A stretch of 64,000 nucleotides of DNA from the human T2T-CHM13v2.0 reference genome, Homo sapiens, in the NCBI RefSeq assembly GCF_009914755.1, contig NC_060939.1. One strand, 5' to 3'. The notes under the pieces were generated by a model. That model did not search any database and was not told the origin of the DNA. It saw only the letters and a program-made list of their open reading frames with translations. The position numbers were made by a program, and so were the translations under genes. This document shows positions 25,401 through 39,541 of this stretch, piece by piece; positions within the stretch are counted from its first letter, which is position 1, and the number at the start of each line of letters is the position of its first letter.

Positions 25401-26870
25401 AAAGTGAATTCAAAAGTCTGTCTAACAAACTTAGAAATGTACAATTACTTATTTCTATTTTTTTAAAAGTCAAAACGTCCTTTGGGCAATTTCTGTTTTC
25501 AGTTTTATTGACAATTTTGAAAACAGAAATCCTAACACTGAAAAGACCTACTGTTGTCAGATTTTTCATAAATTTCAGGGAAAAAATACGCATCTTCTAC
25601 TTTTTTTTAATGGGGGGAGGGAAGGAGCAATGGCATCAGGTATGTATTTTGATATGATATGACCTCAGGTTATGCTTAAAGAAATATATATTACATTGGC
25701 TGGAATTTTTATTTATTATAGCTGAGGTGATTGATGCTGCTTCCGTTAATTCTAAAATAAGCCATTGAAAACTATTTTTATATGACTACAGACAAAACTT
25801 CCTCAATTTTCCTAGCCAACTGGATCTGGTGGGAGGTTGAAAAATGTTTTTATTTAATTTTTTTACTCGTGTTTTTATAAAAGAAGAAGATGGTGGCTTG
25901 TGTCCATCCCCACAGCTTTAGCCAATTGACTATGATTGAATACTTTTTCTTATTACTGCTCACTGGGATCTTCTTATGAAATGCACATTTCATTTTTATC
26001 CAGGACCTGGGGATACGGGACGACAGACGAATATTACTTGAAATTTGGCACGCCACAGTCTATAGAAAGCTGCACACCAAGACTGTGGAAGAGTTATAAT
26101 TTTAATTCTTTTTACAATGACAAGGTTATTTCAAAGTTAAATTATCATTATCTCTTAAACAAACAGCACTGTGGCAGTTTTAGTAGGGCAAGGTGGCTTA
26201 TTCTAATTGGTAGTATCCGTGGATTCCTATGCTGAATTTTAGATCTAAGCATTTCCAAATGAATAGGAAGATTGAAGAGAAAGGATATATTTGCAATCTG
26301 TTTGGGCTGAAATGGGTACTTGGTGCCACATATCTTGATGCAGCAAGCCATCATTATGGTTATTACTGCCTCCATGATAGCCAGGTAGAAGCACCTGCTC
26401 TTCCTCTGCCTTCACCAGTGAATCCCTAACAATCAATTAATTTCTGAGAAACACTAATAACGAGACAAAGATACAAACTATTATAATATCAAAGGAGGAT
26501 GTGCTTGACATTGGTCAGTAGAGAGGCGGGGCTTGTAGAATCCCAAAGGTTTAAGAGCACGGATGCTCAGCAGAAATAAAGCTGAGTTCAGTCCTGTAAC
26601 ACCCTGCTCTGAACAGAATCCACTGCAACCCATTTTTTAGTAAGAAATTCAACTGTGATATTCTCTGTTTATAGACTCTGTCATCAGTAGGGTTGGATTC
26701 TGTGACTTGAAGATTCCCAGCTTGTAATTTTGTTAGTAACATGTTCCTGGTTTTGCATAAAAGAAAAAAACAAAGCAGAGGAGATTGTTTTACCACAGAT
26801 GATATAATAGGGATAACAAAACAAATACAAGTAAGCAAGCACCAAGCACACATATACATGACTGCAAAAC

Positions 26871-26872
<2 letters not shown>

Positions 26873-26914
<42 letters not shown>
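26873..26914 (+). repeat. (CA)21 microsatellite
   Basis: Perfect CA run. Confidence 0.98.
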
Positions 26915-26916
<2 letters not shown>

Positions 26917-27299
26917 TTCAGAACCATAGGAGAATAAAATCTGAAAATATATTTTGTGCATAGTATTTAGCACTATATATTTCCAATGTGTAATGTCTTC
27001 CTCACAAAGGAAATTCATGATGAAATAGATAGAATAATTTAGCACATCTTTCAAAGTGGAAAACTGGGAAATTTTGTTCATTTTCCCACAGAAGCAACAA
27101 GGATTTTTCAAAATCGTTTTTATGCTGTCAGACCAAAAAATAAATTCAGATTAAAACCAAATTAATCAAACTGTAGTTCTCTATATCACCAAGGAAGACT
27201 GGGATGTGCTCTTTCCTCTTCCTTCTCAAATTCCTCCTTCTCCTCCTCCTACTTCTTCTTTTTAATGTATCAATAGGAAAGGATCTAATATTTGGATTC

Positions 27300-27540
27300 A
27301 TGGCCAACATTTAAAATCAGAATAGATAAAATAAAAATATAGTTTTTGTTTTTCTTGAAAAGTCAGATCTGACAACAGCAGACCTTCATTTCCACCTGTA
27401 AACAAAAGGCTTGGCTTCTGTGACTGTCCCAGTAGACCAAGCATGCCCTCTCCTCCCATTTTCCAACAATCCCCACCTAACCCACGTAACTCACTGAAGT
27501 CACCAGCAGGACCATGTCACCTTCTGGTTGGCAGCAAATC
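27300..27540. mobile_element. MER102-like hAT-Charlie fragment
   Basis: 'cttgaaaagtcagatctgacaacagcagacc...agcatgccctctcc'. Confidence 0.55.
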
Positions 27541-28439
27541 TGTGGCTTAAAATGGGAACAGTCACCACCCCTGAATCCCCTCATCTCTCTGTTCTCTGTC
27601 AGGAACCATCTTTCTAGGCCATGTCAACCCACCTACCATCTTCCCTCCTTCGTTTGCTCTTTTCTACCCCAACAGTTTTCCCAGGTGACATCCTTTCAAG
27701 AAAGCACACCCTTCTCCAATGCATGTCTATCCTTTTCCTGAGATTCTAGACAAAACCTCCCCTCTGTGTAGCACTTTTGACCAGCTCTGCTCTGCTCTGG
27801 TCCCTATTCTAGTCCACATGTCCTGCATCCACACCTTGATACATGGTAGACTCAATGGAAGTCTGTGGTACAAAATAATTAATATTTGCTGAAATAAGTG
27901 TTCTTCAAAGACACAGTTCCCCTCATCAATTTCTTGGCAGTTACATACAGGAGACCTGCTACATGCCCTCAGAATGCCCCTTGGAGCTAGAATTTGGCCA
28001 CTGTCATCATTTACAGTGGTTGATTACATTTCCCTGTAAGTGTGACCGCATTTCAGTCTCACCTCTCTATCCAGTCTTCCTAGATGATGTAGAAAACTTC
28101 TGAAGTCAAGAACCAAAATCTTCCAGTTCTTGGTGCCCCTTAAGACAAAAGGGCATTGTCCTCTGACATCTATGGTGGAAACCATCTCTCTTGCCTCAGA
28201 ATTCACATCACGTTTTGTACCATTTCCAATGTACTTATCACATTTTATTGCACATTAAATAGTAATAGAATATACTCTGTTTAAGGGCAGAGTGTATACC
28301 TTCTGCAACTTTGTATTACCCTTAAAGATAATCACCCTTCTATGTGTTTGAATTAATGAAAGTTAAACATTCATCAAAGGATACTGGTTGATTCAATGTA
28401 CATTAGAACCTAAATTTCCAGAGTCTAAGATTTAATGTA

Positions 28440-28734
28440 TTTTTGTTTTTGTTTTTGAGACAGAGTCTCACTCTGTCACCCAGGATGGAGTACAGTGGCC
28501 TGTGGCTCACTGCAGCCTAGACTTCCTGAACTGAGGTGATTCTCCCACCTCAGCCTCCGGAGTAGCTGGGACTACAGGTGTGCATCACCATGCCTAGCTA
28601 CTTTTTGTGTTTGTTGCAGAGATGAGGTTTCACCATGTTGCCCAGGCTGGTCTTGTACCCCTGGGCTCAAGCTATCTGCCTGCCTCAGCCCTCCAATGTG
28701 CTGGAATTACAGGTGTGAGCCATTGTACCCAGAC
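28440..28734 (-). mobile_element. AluJ
   Basis: Dimeric antisense Alu with J-type features ('ctgcagcctagac', 'ctgggctcaagc'), CpG-depleted. Confidence 0.92.
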
Positions 28735-29429
28735 AAGAGTTAACATTTAAAGTTACCAACAACTGGTTCAGGATTCACATTCCCAGTTTACGTGGATTCA
28801 GGTATCCAAGGAAAAGAAGTCACAGGAAGCAGGAAGCCTCAGGGGAATGAAACTTCACTGACAAGACACTGCTCCTGTTTTCTTCAAGACCACAACCCCT
28901 ACCATCCCTTTACTGCCAGTGATATTAAGTTGCAACATGAAGGCGATTAAATGCAGATGAGGTGCTTTCCATCATTAGTTTTTGCTTTGATTTAAAGCGT
29001 TAAATTCTGTTGATCAAATAGACGCACATCTGAAAGGGTTATTTCCTCGAAGTTCTAGAGTGTGAATACGTTTATCATGTTATCTATCCTAGAATAGTCC
29101 CTCAAGAAAAGGGGACACAGGCTGGATGTTTTGATTTATGAGTTGGGACTGAGAATAAAAAGGATGAGGGTTCTTAAATGAAGAGTCTTAGGATATCTGT
29201 GCTGAGGACCTTTAAATTAAGTTGAGGTTGGTATAGAGCAGGTAATACCTATTTTTGTAAAGGGCTTCATAGGATCTTGAAAATAACCTTTGTGTGTTTT
29301 AAGATATTGCCTTCAGCTTCCCCTGTTTCTAATCACTACACCAAGTTCTATCCATTCCAAAACATGCCTTTTTCCCTTAGCCTACCATTCTAACACAACA
29401 TTCTGTTTCTTGGTCTCTTATACCCAATG

Positions 29430-29467
29430 CACACGTACACGTACACACACACACACACACACACACC
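29430..29467 (+). repeat. (CA)n microsatellite with cacgta interruptions
   Basis: cacacgtacacgtacacacac... Confidence 0.95.
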
Positions 29468-31097
29468 CCTTTGGGCTCCTCATTCTGTTTATTTCCAATA
29501 GCAGAAACATGAAGCAATGACAAGATGGCCAGAGTTTCACATCAGACTCAAACTCTAGTAGGAGCAGCTTCAAAAACAGATAGGCTGAGTTGTTCACCAG
29601 AAGATGTGGTATGTATGCTTATCTCCTTAAGGATCTGCTTTAAGGATTTCATATTTTGTATTTCTGAACATGCTCCATTAGAAATGTTGAAGGGAAAAAA
29701 TGTTAATAACAGAAAACTCTGTCCCTTATTTCAGGGACCTTGAACAAGTTTCTTAGGTATTCTTTTCCCCATCTTATCAACAAAGAAAAACATAGCTACC
29801 TCATGGAATTGTGAAGGTTGATAAAATGTGAAATCTCCAAAAAGGTGGCACATACATAGTGAAGATTCAAGAAATGGCTGTTTCCCTCCACTTCCCCAGA
29901 ATTCCCTTATGTGGCTTTAAATATGTCCAAAGAGCCTTTTGCAGAAACGTGAATAGATTTTGTATGTTTAACCAAGTCATCATGTGCTTTCACTTTTCTT
30001 ACAACTTGCATTTCAAAGACTCTTGGAAAAGCAGAAACTCAATAAGGAGAATTCATGGCTTGATACCAGCTACCTTAGGGATTCTGGTGCTGTTGGAGAA
30101 GACATCCAGGCAACAGAATGAGCAGGTCCCACGCGTGGGCAGCTTTGTCATTCAGAGGAAAAAAACAAAGGAAGTCTTGAGAAATCTATCTTGGGCATAT
30201 TGTCTTCATAGTGCCAACTTTTCTTGGATTCTTTCACCTCGATTATTAAAAGACTGTAGAAGAAATGAAAAATCGTATATGTCTTCCTTTCCAAACATAT
30301 TTCAATGTCCCTGTCAATATTCACTTGGGATGCACCACTGATTGTGAGATCATCAAAGGACATTTCTTCTAGATTAATAGCCTAAATTAATTAATTAGCT
30401 TCATTCTCTCATTGCCTTCACCTCTCTGCCTCTTGTCTTCCCTTCCCCCCATTCCCAATTGCTTTTCCTTTGTGTCTTTTTTCCCTTCTGGAGGAATAAT
30501 TTACCCATCCTTGAAGATTTGCCATTCCCCCAAGAATTTTGCATATATGAGCTGTGAGGTTCTATTAATTTACATTCCTATTTTGAAGTCATATTGTGAA
30601 ACATACAGCTAGAAAAAATATTAACATGGGATTTTATAATTTTTTTTATTCTGGGAAAAAATACAAAAAAATTATGGGGATCATTTGAGATAAGAGTGAG
30701 AAACCCCACTGCACCCTGAATCAATTAGGCATATCACAATTTTTTGAACAATCACATGAAGTCGGTCAAGGAATTGGCAATTGCATGTTTCAGAGAAGAA
30801 TCCCCTCGTATTAAGATGGGAGGCAAATAGAATCAGTGACTCAATATTTATGACTTCTCCATGATCACTGTTTTGAGCTTTCTCCAAATCCAATCTTGCT
30901 ACAGTAAGATAGAGACAAGAAAGAATTTACCAGCTGTACCCATCCATTAATTACGCAGACTATGGGACCCTCTGCAGTTCCAGAGGGACATTAGCTTTGT
31001 TTATGTTTCAAGTAAGCCCTCCTGTGTAGGTAAAGAATGCTCTTTGTTCTGGTCTAAGTTTTAATAAAAAGTAATGATATTCACTATGCAGTGTTAA

Positions 31098-31434
<337 letters not shown>

Positions 31435-31539
31435 GAGGGGTTATTTAATAATTGGAAATAAAACATTTAGCTAGAAATCTTTCTTTCCTCCTTGTCTCCA
31501 CTTCCTTCTCCATCAACTACTCATGTCTCCTTCTTCTCC

Positions 31540-32110
31540 TGATGGGGAGGCCGGCCACTGAGCGGAAGACAATTGCCATGAATACCCCTAATCATGGGGT
31601 TTGGCCAGTTAATCAGTATCTCTGCGGCTGCCCATTGTTTACAGAGGGAAGGGGCCCCAAGATTCTTGATCTCAAATACTGGAGGGCTGCAAGTCGGGGC
31701 CTTCAGCTCTCCAGCAAGCAGTTGCAGCCTCAATTTAATTAACTGCCTATCCTTGCCCTGGTGTGACTTGTATGGCCAGGAAGGTGTTTCCCAAGGAAAT
31801 CAGAATGGGTGGGGGCAGAGCGGGAAAGAAGAAAAAAAAAAAGGTTCAGGAGGGCAATGAGGCGGGGGGTTAACAACGCTGCTTAAGATCAAGGGCTGGA
31901 GTGCTGAGATGCTGCCAGACTTGAAAACTTTAATTTACTGTCACTGTTAGCCCCCTTTGAGGTTTATGGTGGTATTTATACACACGGCATCAATCACATG
32001 AAACAAGGAGGGGATTTATAGTTTGTTTTAAAGACTGCAAATGCAATGTAATGCAAATAGCTTGCCTCATGGGCATTTACGTTTAATGGGAAAATTACAG
32101 ATGCAAAAGA
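31540..32110. promoter_or_regulatory. Candidate developmental enhancer
   Basis: Repeat-free segment with CATTGTTTAC, TGTCA, CCTTTGA, TTTATGG, ATCAATCA and ATGCAAAT motifs. Confidence 0.35.
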
Positions 32111-32509
32111 TTGGTAGAACAAATTTTAAATTGACTTTATTACATCTAGTGCTTTTCAGAGAATACTATTAAAAAAATGAAAAAAAAAAGATATGGTAAT
32201 GGAGTTCTACACTGTAGCCTGATAACTTAAATTCCACTTAACTGACTCTCTTTCTTATTTCCTTTCTTTCTTCCTTTTTTTTTTTGGTTTGTTTTTTGCA
32301 TCTTGTGTTATCTCTACAGTAAGTTAAGCTGAATGACAAATCCCCAGGATTGTAAACTGATTGATTAGAAATTTGATTTTTCTTTATTTCATTTTATAAG
32401 ACTTTTTTAGACCCCGCCAAAGAACATTTCCCTATGATGTGTGTGTATCCATAGAATTACATCATGGTTGCATATGCAGTTTTAGCCTATGCTATAAAAT
32501 GCCTACTTT

Positions 32510-33635
32510 TTTAAAAAGACGTTATTTTCTTAGAGCAGTTTTAGGTTCACAGCAAAATTGAAAGGAAGTTACAGAGATGTCCCATAGACCCCCTTGCCCC
32601 CACACATTTATAGCCCCACCAAAGGGGTACATTTGTTAACTGCCGATGAACCTATGTTGAGACATCATAATCACCCAAAGTCCCCAGTTTACATTAGAGT
32701 TCGCTATTGCTGTTGTACATTCTATGGGTTTTGACAAATGTATAATGACACATATCCATCATTATAGTGTCATACAGAGTAGTTTCACTGCCTTAAAAAT
32801 CCTCTGTGCTCCACGTATCCATCCCCCAAACCCTGACCCTCAACCCCTGGTAACCACTGATCTTTTTGCTGTCTCCATAGTTTTGTCATTTCCAGATGTC
32901 ATATACGTGGAATCACAGAGTATGTAGCCTCTTCAGATTGGCTTCTTTCACTTAGTGATATGCATTTAAGTTTCCTCCATGGCTTCTCATGGCTTGATAG
33001 CACATTTCTTTTTAGTGTTGAATAATATTCCTTTATCAGGATGTACCACAGTTAGTTTATCCTACTGAATTCACCTACTGAAGGACTTCGGCATCCCGGT
33101 TGCTTCCAAGTTTTGACAATTATGAATAAAGCTGCTGTAGATATCTGTGTCTATATTTTTGTGGGGACAAGTGTTTTCCCATAATTTTCATAAATACCAC
33201 GGAGCACAACTGCTGGATCATATGGTAAGAGTGTGTTTAGTTTTGAAGAAACTGCCAAACCGTCTTCCAGAATGGTTGTACCATTTTGTATTCTCACCAA
33301 CGAAGAATGAGGGCTTCTGTTGCTCCACATCTTCACCAGCATTTGGTTTTATCCATGTTACAAATATGGGCCATGGTATAGTGGTAACTTGTTTTAATTA
33401 GCATTTCTCTAATATGTGATGGGGAGCACACGTTAATATGCTTACTTGCCACCTGTATATCTTCTTTGGTGCAATGTCTGTTAAGATCTTGGTCCCAATT
33501 TTTCCTCTTGGTTCTTTGTTTTTTTATTGTTGAGTTTTAAGAGTTCTATGTATAATTTTAAATGAGTCCTTTATCAGATGTGTCTTTTACAAATATTTTC
33601 TTTCATCCTGTGGCTTATCTTCTCGTTCCCTTGAT
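32510..33635 (-). mobile_element. L1MC1/2-like 3' fragment
   Basis: 'tagagcagttttaggttcacagcaaaattg', 'tgtacattctatgggttttgacaaatgtataatgac', 'tatgaataaagctgct'. Confidence 0.85.
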
Positions 33636-33755
33636 ATTGATATTGTCTACTTGATACTGGCTACTTTTTACATTAATATGTAAATGCCTTTAATCAAGGA
33701 TTTAAAGTTTTGGGTTAGATAGGTCTCTTGTCCTCATTTCATATAATATGATTGA

Positions 33756-33780
33756 GTGTGTGTGTGTGTGTGTGTGTGTG
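33756..33780 (+). repeat. (GT)12 microsatellite
   Basis: Perfect GT run. Confidence 0.95.
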
Positions 33781-34044
33781 AACGTTTTGGCAAAGATCTT
33801 TTCCTGAGCTGTGAACTCCAAAGGGTATCATGTGATAGTTGCTTAGTTGTTTTTTGCAGGAGATGAACTGGCGCTCTCAGCTTGTACTCTGGCCAATGCC
33901 TAGTGTCCCCTTCACAAAACTGACATTTAAACCTGCACAACCTGGTCAAAAGAAAAACAAGGGCTAAACAGGCAGGAGAGGAGAGTTTTGCTTGTATTGG
34001 AGGCTGCAGAAGCTTCATCTTCACATGCACAAAAGCACTGTCTT

Positions 34045-34352
34045 GGTTGGACACAGTGGCTCACATATGGAATCCCAGCACTCTGGGAGGCTGAGGCAGG
34101 AGGATTGCTTGAGCCCAGGAGTTTGAGATCAGTATGGGCAACATAGGGAGACCCTGTCTCTACAAAAAATTTAAAAATTATCTGGGTATTGAGGTTCATG
34201 CCTGCGGTCCCAGCTACTCAAGAGGCTGGGGTGGGAGGCTCACTTGGGCCTTGTAGGTTGTTTTTAGTGCTCACAGTGAGCCATAATCATGCCACTACTG
34301 CACTCCAGCCTGCACAACAGAGCAAGAATCTGTCTCCAAAAAAAAAAAAAAA
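34045..34352 (+). mobile_element. AluJ (Jo/Jr-like)
   Basis: 'ggaggattgcttgagcccaggagtttgag', 'gggcaacatagggagaccc', poly(A); TSD aaaagcactgtctt / aaaagccactgtctt. Confidence 0.92.
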
Positions 34353-34864
34353 AGCCACTGTCTTCTTATCAGTTTACAAAAAGCATTTCCATGATAAGCT
34401 GGTCAACACCAATTAGAAGCTATGTCCATACTGTTTTCTAAAAGAATTTTTGCTACAATTTTTATGCTGATTTGTTCTTTATTCTCTACGTCTTTCACAA
34501 AGTACTTGGGATGATTTAAAAAATGAATAGGATTGTAAATACAGAAATGCTGAGGTTAGATTATTTTTTATAACTTTATAATTTTTTTCCCATGCATACC
34601 TAACTTTTAAAATATATTCCTTTTATATGTATTCTAGTAGTCATATAAAAGTACTTCAGAAAAAATACTATAACTAGGCACAAATAACTTGAAGAATTTT
34701 CCTGTCTTTGTAAACTTTTTTAAAAATATTCTAAATAATGAGCAACTACAGTTAGAAAGAAATATTTTTTCCAGAATCTTATTGTTTTCTAATAGCGGCA
34801 ACAAGATCCCTGTAAAGCCATGTTTATACTTGACCTCCAAATCTAACTGCAATATGACCAATAT

Positions 34865-35350
34865 GTTAGGACCAGGTTGCATTGTGCATAACAGTAAAAT
34901 TCCAAGTAACAGTGATGAAAATAAGAAATTAATTTCTCCCACTTCAAACAAATCAAGGGGCTCTGGTGACCCTCTTACAGAATGTTGGAAGAACTCACAC
35001 TCTTTCTATCTTTTTGCTTTATTATACTTGACTTTCATTCTAAAAGTCACCTCCTTGTCCAAAATGACCACCTCAATTTTCTCCATGATGTATTCATTTT
35101 AACTGGAAAGGTGGAGAATGGGAGAAGGAAGAGCACAATGCCCTCCAGTCTCTGCTGCAGAAATACTGGGGAGTTGCCTACATCACTTTTACTTACATCT
35201 CATTGGCCAGCAGTTTGCCACATGGCCACATGTAGCTTCATGGAAGGCTGGAAATGTACGCTTTTATTTTTCTCAGACAGCCTTAAGTCTGGCTAAAATT
35301 TAGAGGTCTTTTACTAAAGTAAAAAGTGAAGAACAAATTTCAAAGACAAT
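34865..35350 (-). mobile_element. MLT1 (I/J-like) MaLR LTR
   Basis: 'tacttacatctcattggccagcagtttgccacatggccacatgtagcttcatggaaggctggaaatgta'. Confidence 0.7.
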
Positions 35351-35799
35351 CTAGCAGTACATACCAGAGTCCCCAAGATTATCTTTACCCATATTTGGAA
35401 TTGATATTAATGCTTACACTCAAAAGAGTTGGACGATAATCTGTGTCAACCAGACACGACAACAAGAATGAACAATCTGGCTGTGTGATCACTGGATCAA
35501 CTATGTAGACTCCATTTCACTCATAAGACTGATACCATTAGCAATTAGACATTTACCATTAGCAATTTGCTGGGGTCTGATTTTCTTTTAACTCACAGAT
35601 ATAGGCATTGTTTCAATATTTGCATCATTAGCTATTCAGTAATTTATATCTGGGTGCAGTTGCTCAAATATTCAAAGCAATGCAAAACATGCATGCATTT
35701 TTCCTGATTCAGCAAATAATTGGGGGGAAGGGTACATATTCGGCTTGATTTATCAAAGTCAAAATTCTCTGAATAGCTTCCAGGTTTCTACTGCTTTAT

Positions 35800-36010
35800 G
35801 CAGAGTCAACTAGAAGACTTTGGCATTTGCCAGACATCGGGCTGTATGTACTTGGTTTATTTAATCCTGGAGGTAGGTATTGGGAAGAAAATATCATTTT
35901 CCACCTCTGTATTAACAAATGAGACAGACTGAGGTTCTGAGTAGTTAAGGATATGCTAGTTCCTATCAAGACCAGTATCGTTAGATTGGAAGACCAGACA
36001 GAGAGCAAGC
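35800..36010 (-). mobile_element. MIR fragment
   Basis: 'aacaaatgagacagactgaggttctgagtagttaag'. Confidence 0.55.
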
Positions 36011-36848
36011 AGAGGATGCCTCGAAATGTGCATTTGAACAAATATCAAAGGAAAAAGTCATGAAATTTATATAAACAGCAACAGTGTAACTACCCTCAAA
36101 TGATTAAACAGCCTCTAAAATGCAAAGGCAAGTGACCAATTAAGGCTTCAATCTTTGATCTGTGAATTCACTAGTAGCCTTAATTGTTAAATTAAAAGCT
36201 GAGAGACACAAATCTCTTCATTAAGTTGATCTCTCAATAGATACTAAATAGATCTATTAAAGATAAATTATGACAGAGTGAAATACCTCCCAACAGCAAG
36301 AGCTTCTTTTTTTTTTTCTGTGAAAATCTTTCTTTTATTACTGTCTCTTGCGGCAAAATAACATTTTATACAAATAAGTCACCTAGTTTACTCTGGACAC
36401 AAAGACAGTAAAAACTGGAATGTGATTTTGGGGGAAGCGGGAAGGAGGAGGAAGGATAGATCAGATCACTGATGTTTCTTATATTCTGTAAAAAATAGAT
36501 TTACAGGAAAAAAATAGACTTTCACAACTTCAATGACTTTACACGGTCCTTTGTAAAATGGGGTAAATCCACCTCCACCAAATCCTTCTTGAGGCTGAGA
36601 TGTTCTATGACATGGAATATGAGTAAACAGGAGCTTTTTCATGACAAACAAAAAGGAGCGTGCTATTTACAGTGAAAGATGGGAATTTTCCTCTCCTTCA
36701 AATTTATTTTATTTATGAGGGGTCAGAATTTTACCCAGATGGAAACTGAGTCTTCTTTAATTTAGGGGAAAAGGCAGGGGAGCTATGGAAAAAAATACAC
36801 GAAAATGTTTATAGTTTTGTAAAGTTTTTATAAAAGCCTAATACCCTG

Positions 36849-37214
36849 TGATATGGTTTGGCCATGTCACCACCCAAATTTCATCTTGAACTGTATCTCC
36901 CATAATTCCCATGTATTGCTGGGGGGACCTGGTGGGAGATAATTGAATCATGGGGGTGGTTTCCCCCATACTGCTCTCGTAGTAGTGAATAAGTCTCATG
37001 AGATCTGGTGGTTGTATAAGGCGGAACCCCCTTCACTTGGTTCTCATTTTCTCTCTTGTCTGCCGCCATGTTTAAGATGCGCCTTTCTCCTTCCGCCATG
37101 ACTGTGAGGCCTCCCCAGCCATGTGGAACTGTGAGTCCATTAAACCTCTCTTTCTTTATAAATCACCCAGACTCGGGTATGTCTTTATCAGCAGTGTGAG
37201 AACAGACGAATATA
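36849..37214 (+). mobile_element. THE1 (THE1B/C-like) MaLR solo LTR
   Basis: Starts 'tgatatggtttggc...cacccaaatttcatcttgaa', ends 'cagacgaatata'; 5-bp TSD ccctg/cccta. Confidence 0.93.
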
Positions 37215-37687
37215 CCCTACAAATGCATTGATTGGGCCTCTCCCTGATCTTGGAAGGCGCCATGCAAGTGAGGGCCCTACTCCCTGGTGAATGTGCCTCT
37301 CATCCTGTATCCAGACAATGAGGCCAGGATCACGGCAGCATCTCCAGCACATTAGCACCCTCCCACCAGCACTTTGTTTTCTAGAGAAAACAAATTTATT
37401 TCCTAGAGTCAGGTGTTATTTTCTACAATTCAGGAGACACCCATCCATGTTAAACTTTTCAAGAGAATCAAGAACAAGGCAACTGTGGTGATGCTGAATT
37501 ACTCTAAAGATTTCTGTAGTATTCTAAATTTCTCAATAAGCATGTACTATTTGTTCTAATTTAAAAATAGTTATAGAGAAGGTACTCATCATAACGAAAA
37601 TGTTATGATGCATGATTTTAAACTAAATATCTTTCTAGTTGCCTCATCCTTCACCATTGTAAGTAGCCATGGGAGTAGCATGGCCTA

Positions 37688-38001
<314 letters not shown>

Positions 38002-38189
38002 ATTTCCTTCTAAAGCAGAAGCTCTCAGAAATGTGGGGTGATAGAGGGAGAGGCTTAATGTAATTGTTATCTACCTTTTTCTTTAATCTCCCTGCCCCTT
38101 GCTCGCATCAGAATCATCTAAACTTTTGGGAAACTTTCTTCATAAATGCCAAAGACCATTGCCCCAATACCATCATGATCTTTGGACAG

Positions 38190-38350
38190 AGGTGTTTAAA
38201 GTTAGGTCCCCAGAAAGTATAAGCATTTACTTAGTCAGTTGTTAGAAATGCAAGTTCTTGGGCTACTCTTACACCTACTGGGTCAGAAACTCTAGAAATA
38301 AAGACCAGCAAACTGCCTGAATCTGATACATGCTCAAGTTGCAGACCCTT
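38190..38350. mobile_element. MER5A fragment
   Basis: 'ttgttagaaatgcaagttcttgggc...cctactgggtcagaaactct...tctgatacatgctcaagtt'. Confidence 0.7.
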
Positions 38351-38465
38351 TCCTAAGAGAAAATAAAGAGTGAAAGCAAGCAAGGAATATGTCTAGTGCA
38401 CCCCTGCTATCCTGCAGTGTCTCTAGTCATGCATTGCCTTCTATAATTAACTTCTCCATAGAACA

Positions 38466-38756
<291 letters not shown>

Positions 38757-39541
38757 TTAATTCTGAAGCTTAAAGTAAAATAAGGGAATTACAAAGATAT
38801 TTAGAAAAGATATGTGTATGTATGTTTATGTTTCCTTTGTGGGGTTTTTTTGGTTTTGTTGTGGGCACAAAGAGAAATGAAATTAATTCCCACATGCCAA
38901 AACTCACTGCAAGAGAGGCTTGGGAAAAATATAAAGAAAGTCATTGAGCTGATGGTAGAGGGTAGGTCGATGACTGTGGTACCCACCTGTTAGGATTTTA
39001 GGACCAGCAACATTTTAGAAGACGTGTCAGGGTATTTCTTTTTTTTTCTTTCTTCTTCTTTTGCTAAGTAAGAACGTTACATTTTTTTTAAACCCGTCTA
39101 GTAGTATCATCATTTTTCTTTTTAAAAATATTTTAATACTAGTATTAAATAGCAATTATTGTAATTAATAGTAATTAATAGCAACTAAGGGTATACTTGC
39201 AGTAAAATAGAATAGTCCTTCCCAAGAAAACACTGTTGGCAGGCTTACACCAACACTTCCACTGCAAACTGTAAAACTTGAGGACCGTGCAGGTTTTTTG
39301 CTTTAAAATAAGCCTTTGATAATTACAAAGAATATGTCCCAAGACTTTCACAAATGTTTGCATTTGCTAGCATTTCTTGTTTGTTTAAGCATCATGACCC
39401 CGGCGGTCAAGGCAGCCCTGCCCTCCGAGAGCTTATAGTCCAATGGAAGAAAGAGACACACAACAGTTAAGCCAACACATAAGGATCTTCAGGTGGTGGT
39501 AAGCGTGTGAGGAGAAATAAAGCAGAGACAGGAAAAGAGAG

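Noticed and set aside
26551-27111. Longest ORF in the track (186 aa, minus strand)
   Set aside because: Runs through the (CA)21 repeat (VCVC run), low-complexity composition, no recognisable domain
29859-30341. 160-aa plus-strand ORF
   Set aside because: Non-ATG start, no domain similarity, no supporting splice or promoter context
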